From Antedon mediterranea (lineage: Eukaryota > Animalia > Echinodermata): a stretch of 64,000 nt of DNA. Shown here piece after piece: positions 43,497-53,282 of this stretch. A program made the translations under genes and the position numbers. The notes beneath the pieces were generated by a model, which was not told the origin of the DNA, made no database searches, and saw only the letters and a program-made list of their open reading frames with translations. Within the stretch, counting starts at the first letter, position 1. Each line of letters starts with the position of its first letter. The DNA is taken from NCBI RefSeq assembly GCF_964355755.1, contig NC_092672.1, forward strand, positions 17,063,237-17,127,236. The letters run 5' to 3'.

Positions 43497-44756
43497 ATGG
43501 CTTTCATCATCAACGTAAAGTCAGAAGATGATGAATGTCAATTGTTTACGCCAGAACAGAGTCTATTACAATGGACTGAGCTATGCGGGATGGTAAATGG
43601 TTGGAACAGATTTCGTCGAACTGCAATAATGAGTATCAAAGTACCAGTCTCGATGCATGTAACCGAACGGCTTTTCATGTTCATCGAGAGCGACGGTAAA
43701 CTGGAATTGGCGTACAGCGACGCCGCCATGTACGTTGACGCGATGATACTTTCTTCGTACATGTTACTTTGCAATCGACTGTACACGGCCCTTTACGCTC
43801 AGGTGGAACGTGTAGTGCTTGGATACGTCAATGATTTTGACGTGTTGAACGTCAACACGTTCGCTAAACATCTTTCCGCGTGTACGGAAATGATTATCGA
43901 CTACACCAACAGTTTGATGTCTTATTGTGAGCCGATGTTGTTTGCCTCCAATACTACTGATAATCGTATCGAAATGGAAATGAATTCGCATACAATCTCG
44001 GCTAGTGTAAACGGTAAACGGTTGTTTGGATGGAATATACAGAGGAGTGGAGACATGGAATGCAAGCTGCTTTGGTGGAAGATCATAACCGAAGACGCAA
44101 CAGAGAATAATGTGTACGCGATAGTAGTGTACTGTCAAACAGTATTTGTCTGGGAAGGTACGGGAACGCATTTGCGTTTGATTACACTACTCGAGAATAC
44201 GATTCACGCCGTGTACCAGCTACGTTCACCTTCTCCTCGACTGATTAAATCGTTTGTGATTTGCAAATATCCATGTACACATAGCAGATTTCAACCGAAA
44301 ATTGTACCTCTTCCAGAGACAAACTCGATTTGGGTGGATGTATACTATTGTCATCCTCGATGTTACCGAAAAGGTTATAAATTGTGCTTGAGTGATGGTG
44401 AAATTGGACGTGTGAAAGTCAACGAAGTAATGCATGTCTATCAGAGAGAAAAGACTGAGATGTTGCTGTGTTCGTGTTATCTAACAAGAGACGGTGAACG
44501 TGGAATGATGGATATCGAAACGTTGGCACTGTCGATTGCTAACAGATTGAAAGACGTAGAAGTGATCGAAAGGTGGAAACGTGAGTACAGATATCGTATG
44601 GAAGAAATATTGTACGACATAAACAATCGAACATTATCGATTCAGTCTTCAGTGTGTTCGCGTGTCAAGGTGCCGAGAAAACGTAAAGTAGAAACGACGT
44701 CGTCGATACGTGACTGTTACAACGAACATTTGCATTTTAAAACATATTGCGTGTAA
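43497..44756 (+). CDS. Paralogous family member 2 (possible N-terminal BTB/Skp1-like region)
   Basis: Collinear similarity to 39272-40504. TATATAAATA lies ~40 bp upstream of the ATG at 43497. Confidence 0.75.
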   Translation: MAFIINVKSEDDECQLFTPEQSLLQWTELCGMVNGWNRFRRTAIMSIKVPVSMHVTERLFMFIESDGKLELAYSDAAMYVDAMILSSYMLLCNRLYTALYAQVERVVLGYVNDFDVLNVNTFAKHLSACTEMIIDYTNSLMSYCEPMLFASNTTDNRIEMEMNSHTISASVNGKRLFGWNIQRSGDMECKLLWWKIITEDATENNVYAIVVYCQTVFVWEGTGTHLRLITLLENTIHAVYQLRSPSPRLIKSFVICKYPCTHSRFQPKIVPLPETNSIWVDVYYCHPRCYRKGYKLCLSDGEIGRVKVNEVMHVYQREKTEMLLCSCYLTRDGERGMMDIETLALSIANRLKDVEVIERWKREYRYRMEEILYDINNRTLSIQSSVCSRVKVPRKRKVETTSSIRDCYNEHLHFKTYCV

Positions 44757-45181
44757 ACACAAGAATGTCTGATCGGCAATACGCTTGGCTTCGTGAAAGA
44801 CGAATGGAGTTGTTTGACGAAGCTTTACGGTACGGTGTAGAGATATTTCACTTGCTTCAATCATTTTCCAGAGTCATGGAAATACAGTCAAACCGTGAAC
44901 AATTGCAGGCGTTTCGAAGATCGTTTAAATTTGACTTGATGAACTTGTTGGATATGTTGGAATATAGCATGATTATGAAGAAGAAGAAGAAGAAGAAGAA
45001 TAAGAGGAGGAATAAGAAAAAGGACAAAATTAGCGAATACAATAGACTAGTACATAAGATATGGAGATTAATTAAATTTACCGACACGAAATTATCTGAA
45101 CATTTTGTAAAATCTAAACGATCACAATACGAAAAAAGACAGAAATCGTGCCGATTTTATAAAAGAATAAATCAAACATAG
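44747..45181 (+). CDS. Basic hypothetical protein
   Basis: 144-codon ORF with a poly-K tract and AATAAA near the stop. Confidence 0.55.
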   Translation: MRVNTRMSDRQYAWLRERRMELFDEALRYGVEIFHLLQSFSRVMEIQSNREQLQAFRRSFKFDLMNLLDMLEYSMIMKKKKKKKNKRRNKKKDKISEYNRLVHKIWRLIKFTDTKLSEHFVKSKRSQYEKRQKSCRFYKRINQT

Positions 45182-45207
45182 CCTATATTGTTGTTTTCTT
45201 TTTTTAT

Positions 45208-46032
45208 TTATTTCTGACAATGACGAGGACGAAGAAGATTACGTCGACGACGTCCATGTACGTTTACAGTATTGTATACGTTCCATAGAACATTGCGCAA
45301 ACATTCGATAGCATCCGTCTGACCGTGTCCAAAGAATCCTTGTTTATTCGACGACTGATAACGTTGTCGTAATATAAAAAACGATCGGACGTAATTGTAT
45401 ACGTCCGATTGATTTCTGGAAGTCCATATCTCATTTCGGAAAGCATCGATGTCGGCGTGAAAATCTAACACTTCTCCTTGTTCTCGTTCTTTACACTCAT
45501 GAGTCCAGTCGCCGTTATAGAGCAGAGTCTGAAACGAATAAGCGACGTGTCGATTCAACAAATTCTGTTGCTCCTCCATCGATGAGAATTTTCGTTGCTC
45601 GTTACATTGCTGAAATGTTTGTACGTCGTCGTATTCATGCATGGCATAGAAAACGTTCTTTAGTGCGTCCAACACGTCCGAATTGCCGTATCCAAAGTAG
45701 AGGGACAACGAAGACGTTTGGTAATCTTGATAGGACTCTCGGATACGAAGAAAACGACGTATAACATCGGCAGCCGTGTTACGTCCCTTTATTTCCCACA
45801 TACTACTTCTCAATCGTTGTAACTCACGATGAAGGTTCAACTGTCTCGGATCGTAACCGCTAATCTCCCAAAAATTGACGAGATTCCCATGCAAGGCAGC
45901 CGATAGATATTCGAAAACTTCGGCACTGACATCTTCTTGTGAGATTTGTTTACGTTTTTCTATCAGATAGTTCATGTCCACGGTATTAGCGCCATTATGA
46001 CGAGCGTAACATCTATGAATTTCAGATTTCAT
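45208..46032 (-). CDS. Hypothetical helical protein with an internal duplication
   Basis: Two similar segments: LNLHREL..LR...W...YFGYGNSDVLDALKNVF and LDFHADI..FR...W...FFGHGQTDAIECLRNVL. Confidence 0.75.
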   Translation of the reverse strand: MKSEIHRCYARHNGANTVDMNYLIEKRKQISQEDVSAEVFEYLSAALHGNLVNFWEISGYDPRQLNLHRELQRLRSSMWEIKGRNTAADVIRRFLRIRESYQDYQTSSLSLYFGYGNSDVLDALKNVFYAMHEYDDVQTFQQCNEQRKFSSMEEQQNLLNRHVAYSFQTLLYNGDWTHECKEREQGEVLDFHADIDAFRNEIWTSRNQSDVYNYVRSFFILRQRYQSSNKQGFFGHGQTDAIECLRNVLWNVYNTVNVHGRRRRNLLRPRHCQK

Positions 46033-47125
46033 GATGTCCAATCGAACAGAGTTGCGTGGCCTCTCATGTGACACAAAACGTCCTTTTTATAATATACAAC
46101 GGAAATTTTTACAACGAGAGCTGTTACCAAATGTGCTGTTTTCACGATACGTGTCGTCCGTCAACGCTCCAATGGGGTTGTATGGCCGAAATGAAATTGT
46201 TTACGCGGTAGAAAAACCATCCGATCGTGATGATGTACGTCTGAATATGCGATGGCCGGAAAATGCCATGGTTTTGGACGAACGAAACGCAGTTAGATGT
46301 AACGTTCGTCTTAAAGAAGCCGTCATGGATGGATGTCATGCTGTAGTTCGTATGGTCTCCGGCAACCGAGTTGCGTGGCGCATACTCGATCCTAAACTGC
46401 ACATAGCTTACGTTGGCGACTGCGATGAAAGAGGAGGAGGAGGAGGAGGAGGAGAAGCAGGAGAAGAAGAATATAATGGTGACGCATTTGAAGAAAAAGA
46501 AGAAGAAGAAAACCCATCATGGACTATACATCGTCGTCGTAGTCGTCGTTTTTATCGTGCTGGTGGTGATGGTGGTTGTGGTAGAATGTCGTATACAGAC
46601 TATGACTTTTCGTTAGAAAAATCTCTTTGCGAACATTTCGGTGAACGTTACTACGACAAAACACTCGATAAAATGTACGTGTCTGCAATTGCAATACGTA
46701 CAGGTGAACAGCCGGAAAAGTTGTTGAAAGAGATGACAAAGAAGCTGACAAAGTGTCGAGTGTTTCCTACGAGCGGTTGTTGGTTATCGACCAGTAAGAG
46801 TTTCTACAGAACGACGGCCACGTGGAAGTATGCCGGACTTAAACCAAAAGAGCTGTTTTCGCACGACGGGAAAAACAACGAACGCCACGTTGTACGACAC
46901 GATCCAATGAGATGCGAACTGTGCGTCGAAGAGCATTCGAGATGTTGCCGTCCGTCTCATCTATGTTATGGATCAACAAAGTCCAACGTGAAAGATATGC
47001 GTTTGCGCCAGGGTGTTGCCGACATAGTGCACGGTCTACGTGACGATGAAAACATAGACAAATTCCGAAATCTAGTCGATTCGTTTGCAACGCTCGTCAT
47101 ACGAGAAGAGAACACTTCACGATGA
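46031..47125 (+). CDS. HNH/His-Cys-box (His-Me finger) endonuclease
   Basis: GCWL...VVRH...C..C...CCRPSHLCYGSTKSNVKD matches the pattern H.C....C..P.HL..G+..+N..D. Confidence 0.75.
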   Translation: MMSNRTELRGLSCDTKRPFYNIQRKFLQRELLPNVLFSRYVSSVNAPMGLYGRNEIVYAVEKPSDRDDVRLNMRWPENAMVLDERNAVRCNVRLKEAVMDGCHAVVRMVSGNRVAWRILDPKLHIAYVGDCDERGGGGGGGEAGEEEYNGDAFEEKEEEENPSWTIHRRRSRRFYRAGGDGGCGRMSYTDYDFSLEKSLCEHFGERYYDKTLDKMYVSAIAIRTGEQPEKLLKEMTKKLTKCRVFPTSGCWLSTSKSFYRTTATWKYAGLKPKELFSHDGKNNERHVVRHDPMRCELCVEEHSRCCRPSHLCYGSTKSNVKDMRLRQGVADIVHGLRDDENIDKFRNLVDSFATLVIREENTSR

Positions 47126-47908
47126 TGACGCCAAAGACCGCCGTTGACCGTCTTCAATCTGATGATGATGATGATGATGATGTTGATGCTGCGTTTCACC
47201 GTTTCGACTAAGCAGAATCGCCACTCTATCGTCCACGACTCGAGAAGATTCTGATTCCGAGCACAGAGTTTCGGTGTCGAGAGGAAGTTTTACGTTCTGT
47301 GCCATCTCGTTGACTTTATCGTTGTAGATTGTGGCCAATGTCAACGTTTTCTTGTAATTCTCTTCGCTGACGTGAGGAGGTAGATTCAACAGTGTCGACT
47401 GTAAAGAATTGCTCAGACTGTGCGTGTCTATTTTGATTTTCATATCGTTCAGATTACCGTCCATCGAGTTTAGCATACTGAACATTTGCTCGTATTGTAT
47501 TTTTTTTCGCATTAATGTACGTATCTCAACCTTTACGGTTTCCTTGTCAAATTCATCTTCAGCACTAATGTCTTCGTCGTACATACGATTGCGTAGACAT
47601 ATCATTTCGGATTGAATCTTTTGCATACAGTCTTTGGTGTCTTGCTTTTTGGCGTCAAGCAATCGAACGTATCCTTCGAGACGACTGTGGAACTCTGTTA
47701 TCTTTTCACAAACTTTACTCGGATCTTGTACCTTATTCACCGCTGCTTCTTCGTTTTCATCATTATCATTTTCGTCTCCTAGCAATCGATATCGTCCACA
47801 GTTGCAAATCGTCGACATGATCCACGAGAACATTTTGAAAACGTTTCGTCTCTTTTCAGCGGTGGTGATGGTGGTGGTGGCGGTGATAGAAGGTCGAACG
47901 GTTGTCAT
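47117..47908 (-). CDS. Snf7/ESCRT-III (CHMP4/5)-like protein
   Basis: LMRKKIQYEQMFSMLNSMDGNLNDMKIKIDTHSLSNSL parallels CHMP4 ALKRKKRYEKQLAQIDGTLSTIEFQREALENANTN. It is preceded by the helix RLLDAKKQDTKDCMQKIQSE and a hydrophobic N-terminal segment FKMFSWIM. Confidence 0.6.
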   Translation of the reverse strand: MTTVRPSITATTTITTAEKRRNVFKMFSWIMSTICNCGRYRLLGDENDNDENEEAAVNKVQDPSKVCEKITEFHSRLEGYVRLLDAKKQDTKDCMQKIQSEMICLRNRMYDEDISAEDEFDKETVKVEIRTLMRKKIQYEQMFSMLNSMDGNLNDMKIKIDTHSLSNSLQSTLLNLPPHVSEENYKKTLTLATIYNDKVNEMAQNVKLPLDTETLCSESESSRVVDDRVAILLSRNGETQHQHHHHHHHQIEDGQRRSLASSS

Positions 47909-48208
47909 GTCAAAACAAGGTGTGCTGAATCAAGAGATTTTCCACCTTAATAACACGTGGTACGTGATCGGCGCTAATCCAGTGATCGTAACCTTTCCCG
48001 AAAATAACTGTTTACATTACGCGGAGAGCGTATGTTATAGACTTGCAGACACCAGCAGGCACCAAATCATAGTGTCTAGACACACGCCACATTATCGCAA
48101 ATATCAACCGTTTGTTCGTCTCAGCAGCTTTCCCGATAGACTGATGTATGCGATCGAAAAACACGGATGGAAGATTGTTGGACGTTTAGCGCGTGTTAGA
48201 GGACTGAA

Positions 48209-48253
<45 letters not shown>

Positions 48254-48476
48254 CAGCAGTAGTATCATCGATACATCTACATTACGATCAAAATACATAT
48301 GGGTGTCAGAAGGACTTCCAAAATCAGTAGCAGAAAGAGACGAGGTTCTGTGCACAATCGTCATCCTTATCGTGATCGTCACATGTATAGCGTGGTCAGT
48401 ACATCAAATTACAACAAACAATCGATGTTTCTCACCAACATTAGCAGCAGCAGTACACTCGATTAGAGACCATTGA
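47907..48476 (+). CDS. Membrane protein with a C-terminal TM helix
   Basis: Likely ATG at 47907, a poly-S linker and the TM segment VLCTIVILIVIVTCIAWSV. Confidence 0.6.
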
Positions 48477-48808
48477 CTGGACGTAACGTTGTACATTGCA
48501 TCGTATCCGTTGCTACACGAAACGTATGTTATGCACACTGGAGGAGGTTCGCGTACGCACCGTACGCCCAACAACGTACGCAGTTCTTTACAGCCAAGCG
48601 TACAATGAATCATAGTCGATGACGGTGGCTTACCTCGTATCCTCAACGAATCTCCTACCTTTCGGTAAACGCTCTCGGTCACCAACGTTAAACGTTCTCG
48701 GCTTGTGATCGTTTGCGTTGTATCTAAGACCACGACCGGAATGATCCCCAACACCACCGCCACCACCAGCACGTTGATGATGACGAGGTAATACAGGTGT
48801 TTTTTCAT
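48404..48808 (-). CDS. Putative type II membrane protein, Cys-rich
   Basis: MKKHLYYLVIINVLVVAVVLGIIPVVVL signal anchor. It overlaps the end of the 48630 ORF in another frame. Confidence 0.5.
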   Translation of the reverse strand: MKKHLYYLVIINVLVVAVVLGIIPVVVLDTTQTITSRERLTLVTESVYRKVGDSLRIRGKPPSSTMIHCTLGCKELRTLLGVRCVREPPPVCITYVSCSNGYDAMYNVTSSQWSLIECTAAANVGEKHRLFVVI

Positions 48809-49952
48809 CACTATGCTCGTCGTCGTCGCTACTTTCGCACAGTCCCCCGGTAAATACGTCGGTGAGCGTCTTGTCGAATTGTAACACGTTACTTCTGATG
48901 AGCTGATCAACGCTCAAAGGCCGGTCAGTGGGCAGAGGAAATGGATCCGACACGTATTCGTAGATTAACTCTATCGAACCGAAACAATTGTTTTGCTTGT
49001 TGTTGATGTCCAGCTCCAGCACAAGACTTTTATCTTTCATGAGAACGTAATTCGACTGTGAATGTAAAGTCTTTGTGACACTCACCAGCGACTGTACGAC
49101 CGGAAAAGGAACAATGTACTCGTTCTTGTTACTACTCTTGAAGTTATCCTTGTCGAAATGATTCCTGTCCGAGATGGCCATCAACAAGCGACCGTTTGAC
49201 TTGAGCGCTGCGTGAACAACGTTCTCAAAGTGTGCCGTGTTAATTTCGTCGATACCGTAACCGTCATCTTGCATGTACTTTGCGTATTCTTCAAAGTTTT
49301 CATGTCTTTTTGGCATGATGATTGACTGAGTGTCGTGATCGACTCTTTGGAAATCATCGATGACAACGCGAAAATCTCGTTCCACAAGATGTTTTACTAG
49401 AGACGTGCCAAACACTTGACGTACGTTATCACTCTTGATGTTGTTCATCATACTCGGTACGGCCACGTCGCAAGTCTTCTTGTCCGTCAGCGTTCCGTGG
49501 TACTCGACCCTCCATGCCGTTCTTACTCCTTTCTCGACAGTCTTGTCGGCCGTAACGTTTTGACGAATTACGTCGGCCGTACCCGCCCATGTGATGGCAG
49601 CCTTTTGGCAAAAGGCCGGCGTCATTAATCTGGTCTTTTTGTCGATCACCATCAATCGCCATCCGTACAGCGTTGACGGATCAAAGGTGCCTGCGTTCAA
49701 TGTCACCGACACCTTATCGAACCGCCAAACACTACAGCCGGCATCAACATCGATTGGAAACAGCGCCCTCGACGGTTGACAGTCGGAATGCAGTTCAGTT
49801 TGTATGGCATAGTCGCCCGGTTTCTTTGCAGGACAAACGTCTCGCGATACGTCGTCTATTTTAGCAAAACATGAGTTTTGAAACTGAAACATTTCATGAT
49901 GTCGACGAATGTTTTCGTAATCTCCATCATCACCTATCACGATATTTGCCAT
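48630..49952 (-). CDS. Hypothetical protein
   Basis: ATG at 49952 after a (TG)n tract, ~440 aa. Confidence 0.75.
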   Translation of the reverse strand: MANIVIGDDGDYENIRRHHEMFQFQNSCFAKIDDVSRDVCPAKKPGDYAIQTELHSDCQPSRALFPIDVDAGCSVWRFDKVSVTLNAGTFDPSTLYGWRLMVIDKKTRLMTPAFCQKAAITWAGTADVIRQNVTADKTVEKGVRTAWRVEYHGTLTDKKTCDVAVPSMMNNIKSDNVRQVFGTSLVKHLVERDFRVVIDDFQRVDHDTQSIIMPKRHENFEEYAKYMQDDGYGIDEINTAHFENVVHAALKSNGRLLMAISDRNHFDKDNFKSSNKNEYIVPFPVVQSLVSVTKTLHSQSNYVLMKDKSLVLELDINNKQNNCFGSIELIYEYVSDPFPLPTDRPLSVDQLIRSNVLQFDKTLTDVFTGGLCESSDDDEHSDEKTPVLPRHHQRAGGGGGVGDHSGRGLRYNANDHKPRTFNVGDRERLPKGRRFVEDTR

Positions 49953-49968
49953 TTTCACACGCTTACAC

Positions 49969-50000
<32 letters not shown>

Positions 50001-50082
50001 GCACACACATTTATACGTTATTGAAATAAAAGAAAAGAAAAACAAAAATGGTATTTGCTTTTGTCTTTATTTTTCTAATTTC

Positions 50083-51582
50083 TTAAAACCCATATTTTTT
50101 TCGAAGTGAACCGTTGTTTCGTAGACGATAATCTATTCCGGAATCAGTGATGGTCATGTATTCGATAAAAAAGAACATTTTCCGCAAATGTCGATCCAAA
50201 CTCTCCAGGTCTTTAGCGTTCTTTTCCACTCGATCCTTCCATGACTTTGCCGTCATCTGAACAATGTCTTCTGCATAAGAAGCAATGTTCTCCTGAACGT
50301 ACCTGAACGGTATCAGAGAATCTTTGTATCGAAAACAGAACATGTTGTTGTATTGTGCCAACAAATTGTGCCACTTGGTCAATGTCGTATCATCTTCTCG
50401 ACAGAATGAATATATCGGTTTCACAACGTTCGACGATACTTCGATGAATGGAAATGCGTATCCTGACTCGAATATGTTAACTTGCGTCTTTACACCGACG
50501 CCAACGACATGCGTGTGAAAATCGGATCCTAGAAAGGAGGCTGCAATCAAAGTGTTGAGACTAGCGTATGGACAGTACAGCGTGTCTCTCGCCCATTTGC
50601 CTAGCCTGTAACACGAAGTGATCCTGGGCAGTTTGCGTACCAGTAGAGCGTCTGATTGAAGGGCGGTGAGCGTAAACAAACAGTCACTGTCACACGTTTC
50701 CATTAGAATGTTGGACGAAGGAATCTGTACGTTGAAGCGTAGAATATCATGAAATGTGCCAAACAGTATGTCTGATTCCGATGATACGTTTCGATCGGGC
50801 AGAAAACTCTCGAAATCACAGCACCACTTTTCCAGCGTTGACGAAAGGCATGTGGACAGACGACACCAGTCTCGTGTCGTGCTGTCATCAAAACCGGCTC
50901 CGACGACCGTGTAAACGGCGTATTCGCGGTCGTATTGTCGATCCTTTTCGAACGTTGATCGAAGAGCTTGAACGACACCCGATTTGTTTTCTCTGCTACT
51001 GATGAACGATTCTATACTGCCGATGTAACTGCCGTCTTCTTGTCGACACACAGACGTGCCCTTTTCAGCGGCAATCGCGCACAGATTCTCGTCTACACTA
51101 CCTAATTTGTTCACTTGGTTTTGAACTCCCTTTTTTTTAACGCTTCGTCTACGTTTCAATTCCACTGACTTTGCATACGGAGCTGCGCCGTCCACAAACA
51201 ACAGCAGTGCCTTCAGCGAAACATTATCACTTTTCCGTCGTTGCACTTTTAAAACGTCATCCGCGCATGCCAGTGCGTCTTTGAGAAATTCTGTTAGTAC
51301 ATCTTGAACGGTGAAATGTTGATACACGTTCACCACACCGTTGTCTGTATTGCGCCAATTCTTACTTTCCAGGTTTCCGATAACGCTCGAGTTTTCGATA
51401 CAGGATTGTAGGTCTGGAAAACATTTCTCAACACGAACTCCTATATTACGTTTAACGATCTTGTGAAATGTCTGCGTAGCGTCCACCATCACGGCCACAA
51501 TATCGTTACAGTTTTCACCAAACGATTGATTAATCTTAGCATTGCTGTCAATGACGTCAGAGAATTTTCCCTTGAGCCCCAT
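50083..51582 (-). CDS. PIN-like 5'-3' nuclease (FEN1/XPG/XRN superfamily)
   Basis: MGLKG N-terminus, VMVDA, FVDGAAPYAK..E..RR, ESDI, CDSD and FLGSDF...GVG provide the acidic active-site motifs. Confidence 0.85.
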   Translation of the reverse strand: MGLKGKFSDVIDSNAKINQSFGENCNDIVAVMVDATQTFHKIVKRNIGVRVEKCFPDLQSCIENSSVIGNLESKNWRNTDNGVVNVYQHFTVQDVLTEFLKDALACADDVLKVQRRKSDNVSLKALLLFVDGAAPYAKSVELKRRRSVKKKGVQNQVNKLGSVDENLCAIAAEKGTSVCRQEDGSYIGSIESFISSRENKSGVVQALRSTFEKDRQYDREYAVYTVVGAGFDDSTTRDWCRLSTCLSSTLEKWCCDFESFLPDRNVSSESDILFGTFHDILRFNVQIPSSNILMETCDSDCLFTLTALQSDALLVRKLPRITSCYRLGKWARDTLYCPYASLNTLIAASFLGSDFHTHVVGVGVKTQVNIFESGYAFPFIEVSSNVVKPIYSFCREDDTTLTKWHNLLAQYNNMFCFRYKDSLIPFRYVQENIASYAEDIVQMTAKSWKDRVEKNAKDLESLDRHLRKMFFFIEYMTITDSGIDYRLRNNGSLRKKYGF

Positions 51583-51800
51583 GGCGATTTTATGTCTCGC
51601 GTAATACACCTACGACTGACGTATATAATAATTATTATTATTGTAACGTGGCGTCAAGTTACCAAGATGATACTTGATTGGTTCGATTGATTATGATGGA
51701 CGAAATAGTATGCGTGAAATGCAATTTGTCGTCGTCGTCATCATGAACACACACACACACACACACATAAAACACATATATGTTTGTTTAAATTTTTATT

Positions 51801-52727
51801 TCATCGACGTAAATTTGAAAAATCAATTCTATGCAATTCTGAACTTTTTTCTTTCACCCATTGCAGTACATCAACGATAGCATCCACGTTCACGTAACTG
51901 TACTCGAACTGTACATCGGAATCGTCCAGTGTCATCTGACATTTCAATTCGTACTCTTTTTTCACGTCGATGATTTGAAAAGAGAATGATGTGATGTAGT
52001 CACAAAGTGTAATTCGACGATCTCCCAACGGATTTGAACATGTTAGGTAAGCATTCGATATGGTACATAATACACAATAGGGTCGTCCGTAGTAGTTTGA
52101 CGCTCCTACGTCTGTCAGATTACAACCCATGATAATAGTTTTCATTGCGTCCACGTTCATGCATTCTCCCAACGTATAACTGTTGCCGTCGTCACTTTTT
52201 ACGTATCGAGATACACAGTCGGCTGAAGCGCATCGACGAACGTTTGCACGCACGTCCGATCTGTATCCGTGTTCGTACCCGTTGAAATTGAGCATGTCTA
52301 TCGTCCACTGATCTGGAACGAGTGATTCGTTCGGTACGTTGCGTACACGATCTAGAAAGTGTTCATGAACTTTCAGTTGCTTGAGTACTCGTCGTAAATT
52401 CAACTCGTACATTTCTGATGTTGGTCCTTCTTCTTCTTCTTCTTCTTCTTCTTTCTGATATTCGTGTACGCTTTTTGTGAGAATGTCTGACTCACCTCTG
52501 GTCCTTTTAAGTTCGTCGACAATCTGTTTTATATCGCACGTAGACTGAACCAAAGACACGTTACCACCGGCGTTCATTCTCTGTCTAAATCTTGTGCCTG
52601 CACTGCGACTCGCCGCGTGACAAGTCGAGTCTGTCTTTTGAGCAGCAAAACATATCTTTCGCTCTTTTCGTTCTCTCTGAATTATTGGCGCAAAAGCACC
52701 ATCTTGATCGTCAACGTTTCTTTTCAT
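51801..52727 (-). CDS. Putative Zn-binding protein
   Basis: RRCASADC...CVLC Cys pairs and a poly-E tract. First ATG at 52727. Confidence 0.65.
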   Translation of the reverse strand: MKRNVDDQDGAFAPIIQRERKERKICFAAQKTDSTCHAASRSAGTRFRQRMNAGGNVSLVQSTCDIKQIVDELKRTRGESDILTKSVHEYQKEEEEEEEEGPTSEMYELNLRRVLKQLKVHEHFLDRVRNVPNESLVPDQWTIDMLNFNGYEHGYRSDVRANVRRCASADCVSRYVKSDDGNSYTLGECMNVDAMKTIIMGCNLTDVGASNYYGRPYCVLCTISNAYLTCSNPLGDRRITLCDYITSFSFQIIDVKKEYELKCQMTLDDSDVQFEYSYVNVDAIVDVLQWVKEKSSELHRIDFSNLRR

Positions 52728-53282
52728 GTTACCGAATGAAACCTGCAATGCACTCACACACCTTTTTATGACTCTTCACACACAATTGAGTCACTGCACG
52801 GTATTCGTTGCTTCAACGACGGTTCTTTCATCGAAGAATAACGAGAACATACGTTTTCCATGAGTTTAGGATGGAATGCTAAAAAAAAACTAAAAACTGC
52901 GTTGGTCACATGAAAGGTTTGATGAAGTTTACGACCCATAAAGCGACGAGTATCATGACGACACACACTACAAACCATATTAGATAACAGACACATTGAC
53001 ATGTCTTTGAAAGTACCTTAAATGGTGCGGTAACAGTCTCTACGATCATGGTTGTTTCTTTAACGACAATGTAAACAACGTTAACGTGGGCAACGGTGCT
53101 GCTGGTGGTGATGATGACATGTACGTTTCTGTCGCCCTTTTTTCAATCCTTCTATTATCGTGTTTGTCTATTCTCGTGCACGACATACGCGTTGGCTTTA
53201 AGAAATTGTCATCGATAGACGATTTGCTCGTAAAAGACTTTAGTGACAGAACCAGCGCGAATATCTTATACTACGAAGACGG

